From: Aplysia californica | Taxonomy: Eukaryota | Length of the DNA: 64,000 nucleotides | Reading direction: 5' to 3' | NCBI RefSeq assembly: GCF_000002075.1 | Contig: NW_004797435.1 | Coordinates: 1,158,852-1,222,851, forward strand | Shown here: piece by piece, positions 49,010 to 62,935 of the stretch | Position numbering within the stretch: the stretch's first letter is position 1 | Layout of the letters: each line of letters opens with the position of its first letter | The notes under the pieces: generated by a model | Seen by the model: only the letters and a program-made list of their open reading frames with translations | What the model was told of the DNA's origin: nothing | Databases searched by the model: none | Position numbers and translations under genes: made by a program

Positions 49010-50659
49010 GAGTAGTCATTGGATGGACAAACTCACTACTTGGACAAAAACCTTTTGTGTTACCGTTAACAAAGAAAAGTCTTCTGCTACACTCTTCACT
49101 CTCAGCCAGGCTGAGCCAACAAACCTAGCTTTGGACAAAACCCCCCTAAAGTTTGAGAATCGACAGATGTATCTTGGAATAATCTTTGACAAGCGTCTCA
49201 CATAGAAACAACACTTTCAAAATACAAAAACTAAAGCCAGGAAGAAGCTTAGCATCATGAAAAAACTTGCAGGGACTCAGTGAGGAGCAAATTAGAAAAC
49301 ACTTGGACAGGTCTATCTGGGCGCAATCAGGCCCCATCTCGAGTACGGATCCAGTGCATGGATGACTGCAGCAGACTAACAAATACACTCTGGAAAAAGT
49401 GCAAAAAACCAGGCTCTCCGAATAATCACTGGAGCAATGAGGCCAACGCCTATAGAAAAGATGGAACAAGCAACATCTATAATGGCCCTGCAGAGGAGAT
49501 GGGAGTGCAAGGCCCTCATACAGTACACCAAGGTCACAGCTATGGAGGATCATATAATGCACACAAGAACAGCCAGATCAAACACCACAAGACTTAAAAG
49601 ATCCAACTTCATCAAAGAAAGCAGAAAAATCTAGAGATCCCTACAGGACCATTTACCAGGCACAGTGAACATGCTGAATCATACCCCAGAGGCACCATCA
49701 TGGGAAAAGAAAAACACAAACATAATTATACACACGTCCATTCCTATGTTCACCACAAAAGATGACCACAGCGACCTGAGCAAGAAATCCCTCACCCTGT
49801 CCTTGCTTGAAGAAAGATACCCCCGAGCAGCATGAATAAGGATCTATACGGACGGATCTATACGGACGGATCTGCCACTGATGCTGTGAAAAGAGGAGGA
49901 GCTGGAGCATGGCCTTCGTTATAACACGAGTATCACGAAGGCCATGGCTGGAGTGTACGTACAGTTCCCAAATGGACGACGACAAGCAGAGGCAGTCCCA
50001 ACAGGGCGACAGTGTACAAACTACAGGGCAGAGACGGAGGCTCTAATACATGCAGCAAACATCGTCAAGAATGTGGTAGACTCCCAAAGCCAAGTAGTAT
50101 TCCTAACTGATGCCATGTCAGTACTGCAGGCAATCACTGCCGGCAAAGTACCAAGGCTACGAGAAGTAATTGAGGGCATCCCATATCTGAGGATCATGCC
50201 TCAGTGGATTCCATCACACTGTGGTGTCTTAGGAAATAAGCAGGCAGACAGGATGGCCAAACTAGGAGCAACCAGACAACAGCATCAACTACACAGAAAT
50301 AAAAACTACTATAAATACACTATTTAAAGCACCACAGACACCAGATAGCTACCACGAGCTGTCCCGCCAAGAACAAGTGATTATCTCCCGACTAAGAACA
50401 CAGCACACAAGACTGAGAAAACATATGTACAAATGTTATAAACTAGTACAATCACCAAAATGCCAGTGTGGAGAAGCAAACCAAACTGTTGAACACATCC
50501 TTCAGCACTGCAAGACACACAGGGCCCTGAGACAGGAAACGTGGCCAACCCCACTGACACTACAAGAGAAGCTATACGGGCCGACAGATGAACTGAGCAG
50601 GACGGCCCAATTTATGTCAGATACCAGACTCAAGTGTGATGCGATCGAGAAGAAGAAAG
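49010..50659 (+). mobile_element. Degenerate RNase H-containing non-LTR retrotransposon (I/Nimb/Ingi-type), 5'-truncated
   Basis: RT C-terminus (YLGIIFDKRLT, RPHLEYGSSAW), RNase H (IYTDGS, AETEAL, FLTDA, WIPSHCGVLGNKQADRMAK) and a C-terminal CQCG..QTVEHILQHC motif. Many stops and frameshifts. Ends in a GAAGAAGAA tail. Confidence 0.9.
49908..49946. mobile_element. 39-bp micro-MITE (P-element-like termini) with 7-bp TSD inside the LINE RNase H
   Basis: GCTGGAG|CATGGCCTTCGTTATA-ACACGAG-TATCACGAAGGCCATG|GCTGGAG. The TIR matches at 15/16. Excision restores GGAGVYV. Confidence 0.75.
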
Positions 50660-52142
50660 GAGTCATTGGACGGACATACGACACGTTCATATCCACAGAT
50701 AGTGTGTGGGTATGTAGGAATAATCTATGCATTCCAGCAGATAGACAGAGATTCAGAACAAAATTACTTTTCTGTGCGAGATTCGAACTTAGGCCCTCAT
50801 TTCCCCCCAACCGTGAAGAGCTTGACTCTGTGTCGTTCTTCTACTGTTGTGTTCTGATTCTAAACAACAAACAACTTAGCTCCTCACTACATGTATTGGA
50901 AGATACACTTTGAACTGGCTGACAAGACTGAACGATTCCTCAAATGATCAGACATCTGAATAAGTTCTGAATATGAATTACTGTGGGAGATTCTTATGGT
51001 GATATCTTTTTTATAGGCCAACTTTCGGCAAGGATTTCGATTTACAGGCACCACCTCTAAAATCACCCTAATCTTTCCCTGAGTTCAAGGGATGAAAAAC
51101 GCGGGTTAAAAAAAAACAACAAAACAAAACAAAACAACAACAACAACAAAAACCGTTGCAAGAAATAGAACTAGATATCTATAATAGTCCTAAGAAGACC
51201 ATGCGTGTGAAGGGAAGAACAAACTTGGTTTTTAAAGGGGAAACCGGTTCGGAAATGTTTTCTAGGGAAGAGAAAAGTAAAGTAGAAATAAAGTTCTTTC
51301 CTTGCGAACCCCCCCCCCCCCCCCCGCCCCCGCGCCCCTCTTAAAAAAACAGTAGGTCTACAGGCCTACACCTAGTAGGTGTCAAGCAGCAGGCGTGCCC
51401 AACCAAAGATAGTCTAATATGAAAAGCGTAGGCTACTACTACGTAACGACGAGTGTTTGCTCATCTGAACCTATTTCCGGTAAGTCACCGCAATGTTCCT
51501 TTGAACGATACAGTTGTACGAGACGGGAAATTTTATATTTTACTCGCTGAGCATGGACAAACAAGGGGTCCAGCGGAGGGCGTCTGCGGTGCTGCTCTGT
51601 GTAGATATATGGAAAAGCAGCTCTGTGTCCAGTGCCGAAAACAAGCAATGCCCCCACCAGAAGTGACGTATATTTGAACAAACTGGTAGACAATTTTATG
51701 TGCTCAAGACCAGTGTGGGTCAACTAGCCGTTTTCTTTTTTCCCTGCACCGTTGCCGGTCAAGTATTCACAACGGATCCTCGAATCAATACCAATGCCTG
51801 AGACCGTTACATCTCTCTGGTTCTCCTCGTATTTTTCAGGGAGCCGTTGTCATTTAGTTGCCATTCAACGTATGCGATCAGTAGGATCCCTTGAAGGACT
51901 TATAAACATGCCTCAGTCAATTGAGCATTTTGGGTTCAGTGTTCTTTCTTAACTCTCATAATGGAGTAACCCAAAAAAGCAAACGGAATTTAAAAATTTG
52001 ATAATCGGTGTTGATTCGCTACCCTAAACAGCATTTTCTAAGCGCACGATTTTAATTTAAGTTAGTGAATTGGAGTGTGGCAAAAGAGAAGAACAAGTCC
52101 TCTGGATTCTCCAGGTGACCGGCATGTAAACACTCGAGAACG

Positions 52143-53674
52143 ATGGGTAAGTAGAACAGACTGGAAAGGCGAACAGTCTGTTTGGGTGTAGCTTCTGTAT
52201 TTCAGCATCTCATTCAGTTAGATCTATTATTTATACTCGGAAATTTACATTCTTAAGACTTAATATTATTCAGTGTTGACAAGATGTTTGCAGTTGTTCC
52301 CACATGTTAATGGTGAGGTCACTTCCTGGTTTAAACTGCATGTGAGTCTATTCCAAGTCCATCTGCGATCGCCTTCAACTAAAGTCAATTTCTCGAACAA
52401 TAATTAAATGATGCCCCCCCCCCCCCAAACAAAACCACAACAAAAAGTTTTTAAAAATTTTTAATGCTCGCTGTTGGAGACTCAAACCAGGGTCGCCTAC
52501 ACCATTGTTACGTGTTGTTTGGACAACAGTAAACATGCCGACTAAAATTACACTCATGATCTGTGGCACCTGAAACAACCACCCTCTGCAGTTGTAGATC
52601 GCTATGTTAAACAGGAGTGTCGTCAGCAGCATTGGCAGTGCGGGTTCAATCTCACATGGTAATAGTGCATGTATAGTATAGCAACAGCCCAGTTGGTGTC
52701 CTGTTAGATAATCCTGCAACTGACCCTGTTTCAAACCCTTTATAGTGTGTCACTGAATTCGGGTTGTTTGGAAAGTTTGCAGGGCTCTCCAACCACTTGT
52801 CATGCTTCAATCGGATACGGGGGCGTCATTTTACTCCACAGTTGAACTGCAAGTTTGTAATGCATTGTTTTACTTTCTGATCTCCAAAACGGCTTATGTG
52901 ATTTCTTTTGCAGGCACTTCTCAGGAGCTGCCCCTAAATTTGGGTGAGCAAATGGCTGTGGTTTTCCTGGGACTGAACCTCCTGGTGCCCCTCATCAGCT
53001 CAACCGTCCTTGCTTTCATCACTCTTCTCGTATTCCGCCTCTCCTCATTCATCAAAACAAAGATGGGTCGGGCATTCTCACAAGATTTGGTCCAAGAGTT
53101 CCATGAGGATGACGCTTCCAGCAGAACGGACAATATCGCCGAAACGTCAAACTTTCGAGCACATGACGAATCAGAGATGGAAAGCGGAGGTGGTGAGATT
53201 GCTTTCGGTGTGCAAGTGAGAAAACGTAGATCTTCCGTTGTTAAGGTAGACAACTCTGTAAGTTCTGTCTCGTCTTCGCGCGCAATGTCGTCTGCTTCTG
53301 GGGACAGGAACTTCTCGGCGAGTTCGGTGACTGCGATGTCTTCGTCGTCTCCATCCTCTTATAAACCACACCACAAAAGCAAGGGTTGGGTCAACAGAAA
53401 GCCCTCATCGCCGTCTGGAAATCGGGTGTCTCCTGCTACGTCATCGAGCATGGACGACGATCCCAGAAGCACCCCTGTCTCGTGGGCGTGGTTGGAGAAC
53501 GGAAGCGAGTCTTTTGACACGGGGAAGAGAAGATCATTGAAGAAAAAGCTAAGTGATGGTTCTCGCGAGGACACTTTGTCTCCATCTGGTCTTTCTTTGA
53601 GAGGTTTGGATGACAATTATGACAGCACACACCCGGTGTTTGTAGATGACCTCCAAGCATATGACATTTGGTAG
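52143..53674 (+). CDS. Uncharacterised 254-aa single-pass membrane protein with Ser-rich cytoplasmic tail
   Basis: Coding parts: 52143-52146 (ATG G|GTAAGT, exon acceptor TCTCCAG at 52114) and 52914-53674 (acceptor TTTTGCAG); phases match. The protein reads MGTSQELPLNLGEQ, then hydrophobic MAVVFLGLNLLVPLISSTVLAFITLLVF, basic RLSSFIKTK and a Ser/Arg-rich tail ending DDLQAYDIW. A possible non-coding exon ends at 51479 (CCG|GTAAGT). Confidence 0.7.
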
Positions 53675-54968
53675 TACACGCGACAAAGTGTCCATTCTAC
53701 GATGTACTATTCAGTGACAGCTTTTTCTCAACATTCCTGAACTCGACTTGATGCTAATGTAGAGTGCACACTGCACTGTTGTGTGGCAATGAAGTCTTTT
53801 ACGCACCACATCAGCCAAGCATTGTTTTATCAACATTAAGATATTTTTACATTTCTCTTTAAACCAAAGAAAAGATTGTGGCTTCATTCTATTAGGGTAC
53901 TCATTTTTAAAAATAATTTATGGTCTTGTGTAAAAGCCCAGAGTGAGTCTTCTTATAATTTATATCCTACTAACATTCAGACAGTGCAACACATTATTAT
54001 CATTGACCGTAAAAATTCTAAAGATGACCAGGTGTTGCCCGGAAGTCTCTACTATTGATTTTAAAACTTGATTATTAAAAGCAACTTAGAAAACCCATAG
54101 ATCTACATGCTTTAGTGCTGAATTAATTAACAAAGCATAGTATTTACTGCTCTTCACATAAGTTTGATCGACGCATGGTCAATATGATAAACACATTGCT
54201 GAGTATTGTCCCATCAATATGATAAGGATGCCAGAAGACTCTCTGGAGAGTTCACCCGGGACACCCGCACCTGTGACGTCTGGCGATAGGGCTCTTCCCC
54301 TTGGACACAACATAAGTCGAACCTGCTCTGACGTTCACCTGTTCAAGACAATCACCTGTACAAACGACAACGCCTCACCTCCCCCCTTATGTATTTTCTT
54401 ATTATCCTAGAGGACGACCTATTTTTGTTCACGACTATGAATGGTTGCCTTGGGCAGGTTCGAATTTTATATTCAGTTCAGTTGTATCTACTAGAATATA
54501 TCCGGCAAAATTGGGGTAGGTCTCCAAAAGAGTCTGACTCATAAATTGTGGTTTAATTTTGGTCGAAAGGGTTTTAAATAACCGCAGTCGCGTCGGTGAT
54601 TTTCACAGTTAAGACTTCTTTATTCTCAAATTAAATAAAGTTATCTAAAAAAAACCCAAAAAACAACAACCCCCCCCCTTGCGGCTACCGTGCTGGCCAT
54701 GGCAGAATACACGTAGGTCCTTTGTTGTGCGAATTTAGTGAGCACGTAATTGAAGTTCAGGTTTGAAACCAGCAAGGCTCCGAATTCTGTTGTCTTTCCC
54801 ACAAGGTTTATTCTCTTCGCCAAATGTACTGGCACTCTACCATTGATTGATATAAACTGAAGGGTGTCTAAGCAGGTGTAAAACATGACCATCATTTGAA
54901 ATTTTTGTTTAAAAAATCGTTCTGCTCCTTTTTCAGTCTGCTTTGTTGTGTTTTTTAGTTTTAGTAGA

Positions 54969-55056
54969 GGTTTTACAGCGCTCGCAACTTCATAAGGTCA
55001 TATGAGCGCCAAGGGGTGGATGTCAACAGAGAAGTCCTTACAGGGAATCAGACTTA
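54969..55056 (-). mobile_element. SINE 3' portion (same family as 12346-12495)
   Basis: Near-identical to 12346-12433. Confidence 0.75.
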
Positions 55057-55298
55057 GACTGGGGGTTGTTGTGTGATCTTGTCCTTCTTTCGTTGTAACG
55101 AAAAAAAACCCTTTGTAATAAACGGAATTCATTTTTCAATTATGATTGCAACAAAATGTTCTTGGTGTCATAATATTATTATATTGGTATTGCATGTATG
55201 TGCGTACATAATAGGTCTTTATTTCAGCCAGTCAAAATACCCAAGTCTTTGAGAGAGCTAATTCAAGTACTTTAATTGAATCAAACGTTGTTTATAGG

Positions 55299-58200
55299 CC
55301 AAGTAACCCTTGTGAAGAACAACATTGAAAGCAGGGAAGTCAGTATGGGTTGTTGGGAGTCTGAGAATCTTCACTTGCTCGCTGTGGAACTCACGGATCA
55401 GCCAGTACGGAATGTCATCAATGTTTATGCCTGTAATGGATCTGTAGATGAAAAGGAATGGGGTAAGTTAGAAAACATTCGACAAACACTCTCTGGTCAG
55501 ACTTTATTTTGTGGAGATTTCAACGCCCGAGGTATCCAGTGGGGTAATATCAAGGACAACGCACAGGGAGTTGATTTAGAAAATGCTCTAGACTCGTGTG
55601 ATCTAGCTATACTAAATGATGGGAGAATGACACGCATGGCACAGAGGAAAAATGATACAGACAGTGCAATAGACTTGGCTTTAGTTTCTGTACAGATGGC
55701 AGCTAAATGTAGATGGGACGTTTTGAGCAGTCACGGAAGCGACCATCTTCCATGCCGAGTCTATATCAGAAAGACTCTTGAGAAATGTGGCCCGAAGAGG
55801 AAGAGACCATTTAGATACACACTTTTGGAGACTGACCCTATCACCATTCTACGCAAGAACACAAAAGAAAAGAGCCAATGCATAAGAAAGGACATGACTA
55901 AACCCCCATGGTGGAATGAGGAAATACAGGAGCACTGGGTTATTAAAAGAAAAGCACTTAGAGCGGCTCAAAGGAATCGAATGAATCCAGAACTCCAGGA
56001 AGCTGCAAAAAAGGCATCAAAGACTTTTAAAGAAACAGCAGAGCAGGAGAAAAACAAGAAATGGGAAGACTTCTGCCAGAATATTACAGGTGACAGATCT
56101 CTACAAAAGTTTTGGAGGTTTCACAAGGCAATGAACAACAGTCAGTCAAGAACATGCCTTCCTGATTTTCAGACAGAGGACAGTACGTGGGTTAGATCGG
56201 AAGAGGAGAAAGGGCAGGCTCTTTTGAACAGATACCTGCGACAAACGAATCAGAACAATGAGAACGAAAGAATGAGCATTCTAAGGGACATAGAAGGAAG
56301 ATACTGGGAAGGAGAGGAAGAGTTAAAAGTCACATTGGAGGCTGTTCGAAATATACTTAAGACGGCACCTGACACAGCACCAGGCCCAGATGGGGTGCGT
56401 TATTCCCACATCAAGGATCTGGATGACCGCAACTTGGAGAGTCTCGCAAACATCCTGGATACTAGTTTGCATGACGGGTTGGTTCCACAGGATTGGCTGG
56501 ACAGTTATCTTACACCCCTACCAAAGCCCGGGAAGGACCCCACAAAAATTGAGTCCTACAGGATTATCACAATGCAAAACACGGTGGGGAAACTAATGGA
56601 AAAAATGGTGTCCAGATGGATGTCCAATTTCTTAGAGCGCAACAATCTGATACCTGTGGAACTTGGAAGCTACCGCCCTGGTAAGGACACCTGGAGGAAT
56701 GCGGCAATTTTGGCCTCCGACATATACGACGGTTTTGAGGAGGGAAAAGAGACACTAGTCGCCGCAATAGATCTAGAAGATGCTTATAACCGGGTGCCCT
56801 TTAGCTTGATCATGCGAACTATGATCAATATGAAAATCGACTCTGAAATGCCTTGTTAAATAGAAAGGTTTTCTTGCGCCTTGGCAGCTGGGCTTCTGAA
56901 CCTATTACCATAACCCCAGGACTGCCCCAGGGATCGGCCCTGTCACCAGTCTTGTTCAATACATACACCATCGGTCTTACAGCCAATCAGTTGGAGGGAC
57001 CTGGCCGTACGCTAAGCTTTGCAGATGATGTATTGGTATATAGGCAGGGGAGAGATCGGAAGCTGATTGCAAGGAGCATGCAGGAGGAATTGGATCGAAT
57101 TGGTGAATGGTGCGAACAGAACAATGGAAAACTTAATCCAGCGAAGGCAGGGGTACTGTGGACCAGTCTCAACAACAGGGCAGTCAAGCTATCATGCCTA
57201 CTGTCAATATACAAGGCACACAGTTGGAAAGGCAAGAGAAATTGAAGTACCTGGGCATTACCTTTGACCGCACCCTCTCGGCAAAAGACCATGTGACGAA
57301 TATTATCACCAGAGCAAGGAAAGGACTTGTTGCACTGAGAGTGATGGCTGCATCTATGCCCCAACGCGCCCTTATGATCATGCTTCAAGCGGTTGTACTG
57401 TCTGTAGTGGACTATGGCCTTGGTATGCTCACCCTATCCAAAACCCAGCTACATCGCCTCGAAGTCATTCAAAATGAAGGAATGAGAACTGTTCTGGGAT
57501 GCACCCATGACACAGCAGCATCAGCGATGAGATATCTGCTGGACCTGCCAACGTTAACCCACCGACACAAACTAGCACAAGTCAAGGCCTACCTTCGAGT
57601 AACAGCAGACGAACGTCACCCTCTACATCCGAAAATAGGAAACCAAGTGCGCCAAAGATTGAAAAGAGAATCTTCATGGATGGTGCAGGCGGAGCGAACT
57701 CTCGGTATGTGCTGTGAAATCGAGGACATAAAAAGAGGATGTGACTGGATGAGGCCGGAAAAAGACATGAGCAACTTCATGAAGGTGATAGCTACGCTAG
57801 GTCGAGAGTGTCGCGAGTGGCCAGCAAATGCAACTAATTCGGAAATCGAGGCCATTGTTGAGGAAAATTCAGTGAGGGGTGATGTTGTCGTCTTCACCGA
57901 CGGATCAGTGAGGCGTGGCCAGAAATCTGGGTGGGCGTTCAGTGCTCGAGTTGACGGGAAGATAATTAAAGAACAATCTGGAGCCTACGAGTGCACTATG
58001 TCGAGCATGGCAATGGAGGTCAAGGCAATAACACAGGCGCTGGAATGGATCAGCATGGAAGCGTATAAACATGCCCTGTTTGTCACAGACTCGATGAGCA
58101 CCCTAGAAAAAATGAGGAGTGGGTGGCTCTACAGTGACTGGAGAGCTTCCATTGCAAATAGCCACCTCCTAAGAATTACATGGGTGTTCTGCCCTGGTCA

Positions 58201-58537
58201 CGCCGGGGTGCACGGAAATGAGCGTGCTGATGAACTTGCCGGCAAAGCAACACCCAATGGGCGAATCATGCTCGACCCACCAATGGTGATCGCCAGATGC
58301 AAGGAGAGCCTTCTCAACCAAGAGGAGACAGATTCCCACACACTCAGCACAATAAAAGGAAAGTGTGTGCGGGGCACAGCGAAAAAAAGTTTGCTCCGAG
58401 GAGTGGTCAGGCGTGTCTCAAACCAGCCCCTCATGGAGACAATTAGCAGGAAGACCCTGATGTGGACGCTGGAAAGGAGAGATGAGCAGCTATGGACATG
58501 CGCCGCCTGCTATGATTCTAGCTCTGGATCCAAGTAA
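55299..58537 (+). mobile_element. Nearly intact, 5'-truncated non-LTR retrotransposon with APE endonuclease, RT and RNase H (I/Nimb/Ingi-type)
   Basis: EN motifs CGDFNA, SAIDL and HGSDH. RT motifs APGPDG, YRIIT, DLEDAYNRV, GLPQGSALSPVLF, FADD and KYLG. RNase H motifs FTDGS and GHAGVHGNERADELA. Two frameshifts (~56850, ~57190). CAAGTAA end. 12-bp TSD GTTGTTTATAGG at 55287-55298 and 58538-58549. Confidence 0.95.
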
Positions 58538-60983
58538 GTTGTTTATAGGTTTAAAGAGACGGGTCACTTGTGTTTTGAACCCCCTCCCGGTAACACTGAT
58601 CATTTGACTTTTATAAAAAAGTAAAAGAGGAGAGATGCATATTGTTAACTCTTTGTGAGACACATTTTATCATCAAATGGCCATGTGGTGTAGAGTGTTC
58701 GGCTCAGAAAGATTTAAAAGAAGTAGGCAGTCTTTGTATTCCATAATTAACCTATCTTCGATGGATCTCCATACATATGCCTGTGGTGCGATGGCTTACA
58801 CTTCGCCTTTTAAAAAATAATGTAGATGTTTTACGCCACTATCAACACATTTTAGATCATACTGAACGTTGTTTGGACCCTGTCTGTCAAGGCCTACCCG
58901 TCAGGCTTAACCGCTACACCGCAGACGCTGGTTTCCTTGTCTTAAAAACGCCGAAGACGTAAGTTTGAATTGGGGGGGGGGGGGCACGTTTATTACATTG
59001 AGTACCTATATCAGTCTCCTGAGATGCTACGTCCCGTTCAGATTGACGAGTCTGCTCTATCAAGTTGGGTCGAAGCAGCCCACCTCTTAAATGGTATTAT
59101 AGATTGTGTCGATGGGGGCGTAAAACATTTAGGCTACTATCCTTTGTAGCCAGAAAATGTGTCTTAATTGTTTCTCTGTCTGTTGTTTTTATACAGCTCA
59201 GGCATGAAAAAGCTATCACTTTTGTCTTGGAAAGTGATAAGTGAACTAAAACTCAAAGTAATGTGGAGTATATTATTATCAGTGACACAGTGCTCAAGTG
59301 CGTGGTGAATACGGTGTGTCCTTGAGCAAGACGTGATTCAGATAATCATCCTCCAAAAAATAGAGTGCTGCACAGTGGCAACTAGCATTGGCATGTTTAC
59401 AAAATTGTCTGTACTGGCGTGAATTGGCTAGAATTAATATACATGATGTGTATCAAGTGGCATAGATGAATTACATACAGTCTAGCATGCACAGAGTGAA
59501 CTGATTTTAAAGTCCCGAATTTTTTCAGGCACGTATATCCTTAGTACATGTATTAAACTTCCAAGTGTAGATGGCCGATGAGACGGCTGTAAGTTTAATT
59601 CTTGAGGCAGATTTAAAGTCAGAATTTGAGTAGCAGTATCAGTTCATTTATCCATTTTTTAAAAACCACCAAACATTTCAACTCCTTCATATTACAATTT
59701 CCCCACACAACAAAGGCTATTTGTTGGAGGGTTAAAACATATAACAGCAAATTCCGTACAAAGTGAAATGATTTCAGCATTCCACTGATTTGTACATGCT
59801 AAATTGTACTTGTGCTTGTCATTGTACACAAAATGTCTTCTCAGGGGACTGAAAAAAAAAGTATCTTATTTATACCAGCTAAAACAAAGCACGGTATATC
59901 AACAGTACTTTAGTTGAGATCTTCTTCTTTGGTGTGGATCTGTGTCTCTGGCTCAGTTGCCCACAGTAACATACACTTGTCAGTATAAAATGTGCACTGG
60001 TCTGCTTTATGGTACAGAAACAAAAAAGAAAGAAAACTAATTCATTCACAGTGTTGATGTCCGATGAGTTCTGATAAAACTGGTTTATTGATATATCACA
60101 TTGTAAACATAACATAATCATTCACAACATCTCTCTCATCACTTTCTTTCACTGGTACATAGGCTATTTTTTTTTTTCACACATAGAAGGCAGAAATAAC
60201 CAAAATATAGTTATTCTCAGTAAATTTTTAAAATCCTCCAATTACACTGTACAAAACTGGAAAACTATAGGAACAAATAAACATGATCTCTATAGAAACT
60301 TTGCACATGAACAGCTGCTACAATAACTCAAAGTATATCACTTCTTTCATGAACAACAAACACAAGATATTTACAATGATATAATCTAATATATCGCAAG
60401 AAAACTAATTGTTTGATTTGCATCAAATAAATACTCTGAACATTATATTTCTGCTATCACTTGATTCACATGAGTTGTTTCTATACTCCGACTTCCCTCA
60501 TACTATCAGGAAGATGTACTAAAAGCAGACATCTTGTTTACTCAAAGGGCTGGTTATGAAATTCTCCTTGCTTTTTTTATGCATCAATGCAATAGAAATA
60601 GAAATGTCTAGTAAATAATTTTTGCCCCGAAAAGAAAAAGGGACCAGGGAGATGGACAGATATAAATTTATGTGATTCTACCATTTAAACATTGAGAATT
60701 CTAAGACTATGTCCAATGTAACCAACTGCAACTTTTATATGGTTATAGAATAGAGTTTTCATGCACAACCTGAGAAAAGTTTCTAATACTGTAAAATATT
60801 TATTTGAAGAATCTTAACTTTTTATTTTGTACGTATGAGCTGAAATATTGCATAAACATTTTTCTTTAGAATGTTCAAGAAAAGGACGGTCTTCAAATTT
60901 CCTTGTTTTCCATAACTGTGCTTGTTTCATCAGTAAATCACAGATTAGGCTTTTGCAAAGATCCTTGAACCTCTTTGTACTTT

Positions 60984-62935
60984 CTAGTCTTCTTCCTCTT
61001 GGCGTACAATGGGGACACCTGGAAAGGGTATTGAATAAAAGGCAGCGTTAAGTTAAGGAAGAAAGCAATCTGCTCTGAATGTAACATCTGGTAGACAAGC
61101 TTTTTTTGAGAAAACACATCAACATATTCAGATAATATGCTTCACTGTTGAAGGCCTATCTATATGATTCAAAGAACAAACTGTTATAATACTAATTAAT
61201 ACAAGTATTCATACTTGATGCATTTCTTACATTAGAACACAGCAAAAATTCTACAATTTAGCTAGTACCCTGCATCAGGATTGATAATTTAAATATAAAA
61301 AATGAGAAGAGCTAGCACAAACCAGCAAAATAAGCTGTTAACTCATATATTTTCCTCCGTATTTTTTAAAATGTATAAATAATAATAACCAGAAAACAAT
61401 TCAGTATGATGATCCATTTCTTCCCATTTCTAAATATTACTAGAATGGATATTTCAGTTTAAAATTCCTTTCTGACAAGAAAAATGTTAAGAATACAGAA
61501 GTGGAAAAAGACCAATGACATTCAAGGATAAATGACACAGCTCCTTGTTGGCTCACAACATTTTTTCTTTTATTACAATCTGTAGTAGATAGTTAATGAA
61601 TGAAACATATACACATAAGTAAGCACAGGCCTGGAAAAACACAAGATACAAAAAAAGGCTCACCATCCAATTTCTTCAATTTTGGTAGTTTCTTTGCAAC
61701 TTCATCTTTCCAGTTTCCTTCTGCTGTTTGTTTCTCCTCTAAGGGGTTTCCTGAATAGAAATGACAATAATTCTGGGACTTATCAATCAATTTCCACAAG
61801 AAGAAAGCATGAATTTGCCATACGAATTAAAGAAAAAATACACAACTGTTTTGTACAGATTGGAATAAAAATCTCTTTCTTGATTGTAAAATGGAGTTCC
61901 AGGCAAATATCATGTCTGACAAAGAAACTATAGAACTCCTAAAAATATACATTCAAGAGGTTTACTGTAGGTAATATATTCAAAATCCCAATAAGATTAC
62001 ACATACTTCCGACAGAAAAGGGGGTCAAATAAAAATTGAAGTATGAGGCTGGGGACCTCTCAAAGGAGAAAATGAAAGAAAAGACGAAAAACAGAAAAAT
62101 AGAGGCAATACAATTTTTTACTTTCAGTTTACTCAAATAAAAAAGATTAACAGCGGCACCCCGACATAATTAATGGTAGATGTTTTCTGTCATGCAGTGA
62201 CAGTGGATTGAGACATATTTAACACATCCACTGGGATTAAACAAATTAACATATTACCGTAAAATGAACAAAACATATCTAAGCTTCAGAGACATAAGTA
62301 GAACAATTCGATCTTTTATCAGAACAAATTTTGTGCACTCATATCATTGAAATGTATCATGTTTTAAGAAATGTATGCAGAAAGCACGAAATGAAATTCT
62401 GTTAAATGTCGTGAGGCAAAGTACATACCAACAAAAAGTAAATCCTCAAGACAGGGCATTTCAATCTGCAGATTAGAAAAAAAATAATAAATCAACAGTC
62501 GCTTGATAAAATACAGACTCTGCTCTGGTTTACAACAGACAGAAAATGTAACAGAATATCATTGTTATGTGAAACATCCATATGGTCTAACAAAGGATAA
62601 ACCCAAATCTACAGATGCAAAGGCATTTAAATACATGTAAAGGCAGAAACAAATAATGCAGTTCTCCAAAAGTATATATTTTCATTGCTATTGCAGTCCT
62701 TATCCCTGATGTTATGGTCATAATCTACATTTTCATTATCTCTGTGTTCACGTGCCATAACCATTTCTTTCAAGGTATAAAATGGCAGACAATCACATGA
62801 TTTTTATAACTTGTCTAGCACTGAAATGTCAAAAGCTGATAAAAACCTAGTTATAGAATGAAAGACATTTAATTTGCATACCAATTTGTTGAACTCTGTC
62901 CAGTCTACGACTTTGTTGTTGGACATCCATAAGAT
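60984..62935 (-). CDS. DNAL1: Dynein axonemal light chain 1, last four coding exons
   Basis: Exons 62935-62882 ([18 protein letters not shown]), 62465-62429 ([13 protein letters not shown]), 61750-61664 ([29 protein letters not shown]) and 61018-60984 ([10 protein letters not shown]). GT-AG introns with consistent phases. Matches the DNAL1/LC1 LRR C-terminus. The 5' exons lie beyond the right edge. Confidence 0.95.

Noticed and set aside
52802-52913. N-terminal extension of the 290-aa ORF (MLQSDTG...)
   Set aside because: It ends in a strong acceptor (TTTCTTTTGCAG) and a phase-matched upstream ATG exon exists, so it is probably intron.
58664-59335. tRNA gene or intact SINE
   Set aside because: Only short tRNA-head-like and CORE-like fragments; no cloverleaf or definable boundaries.
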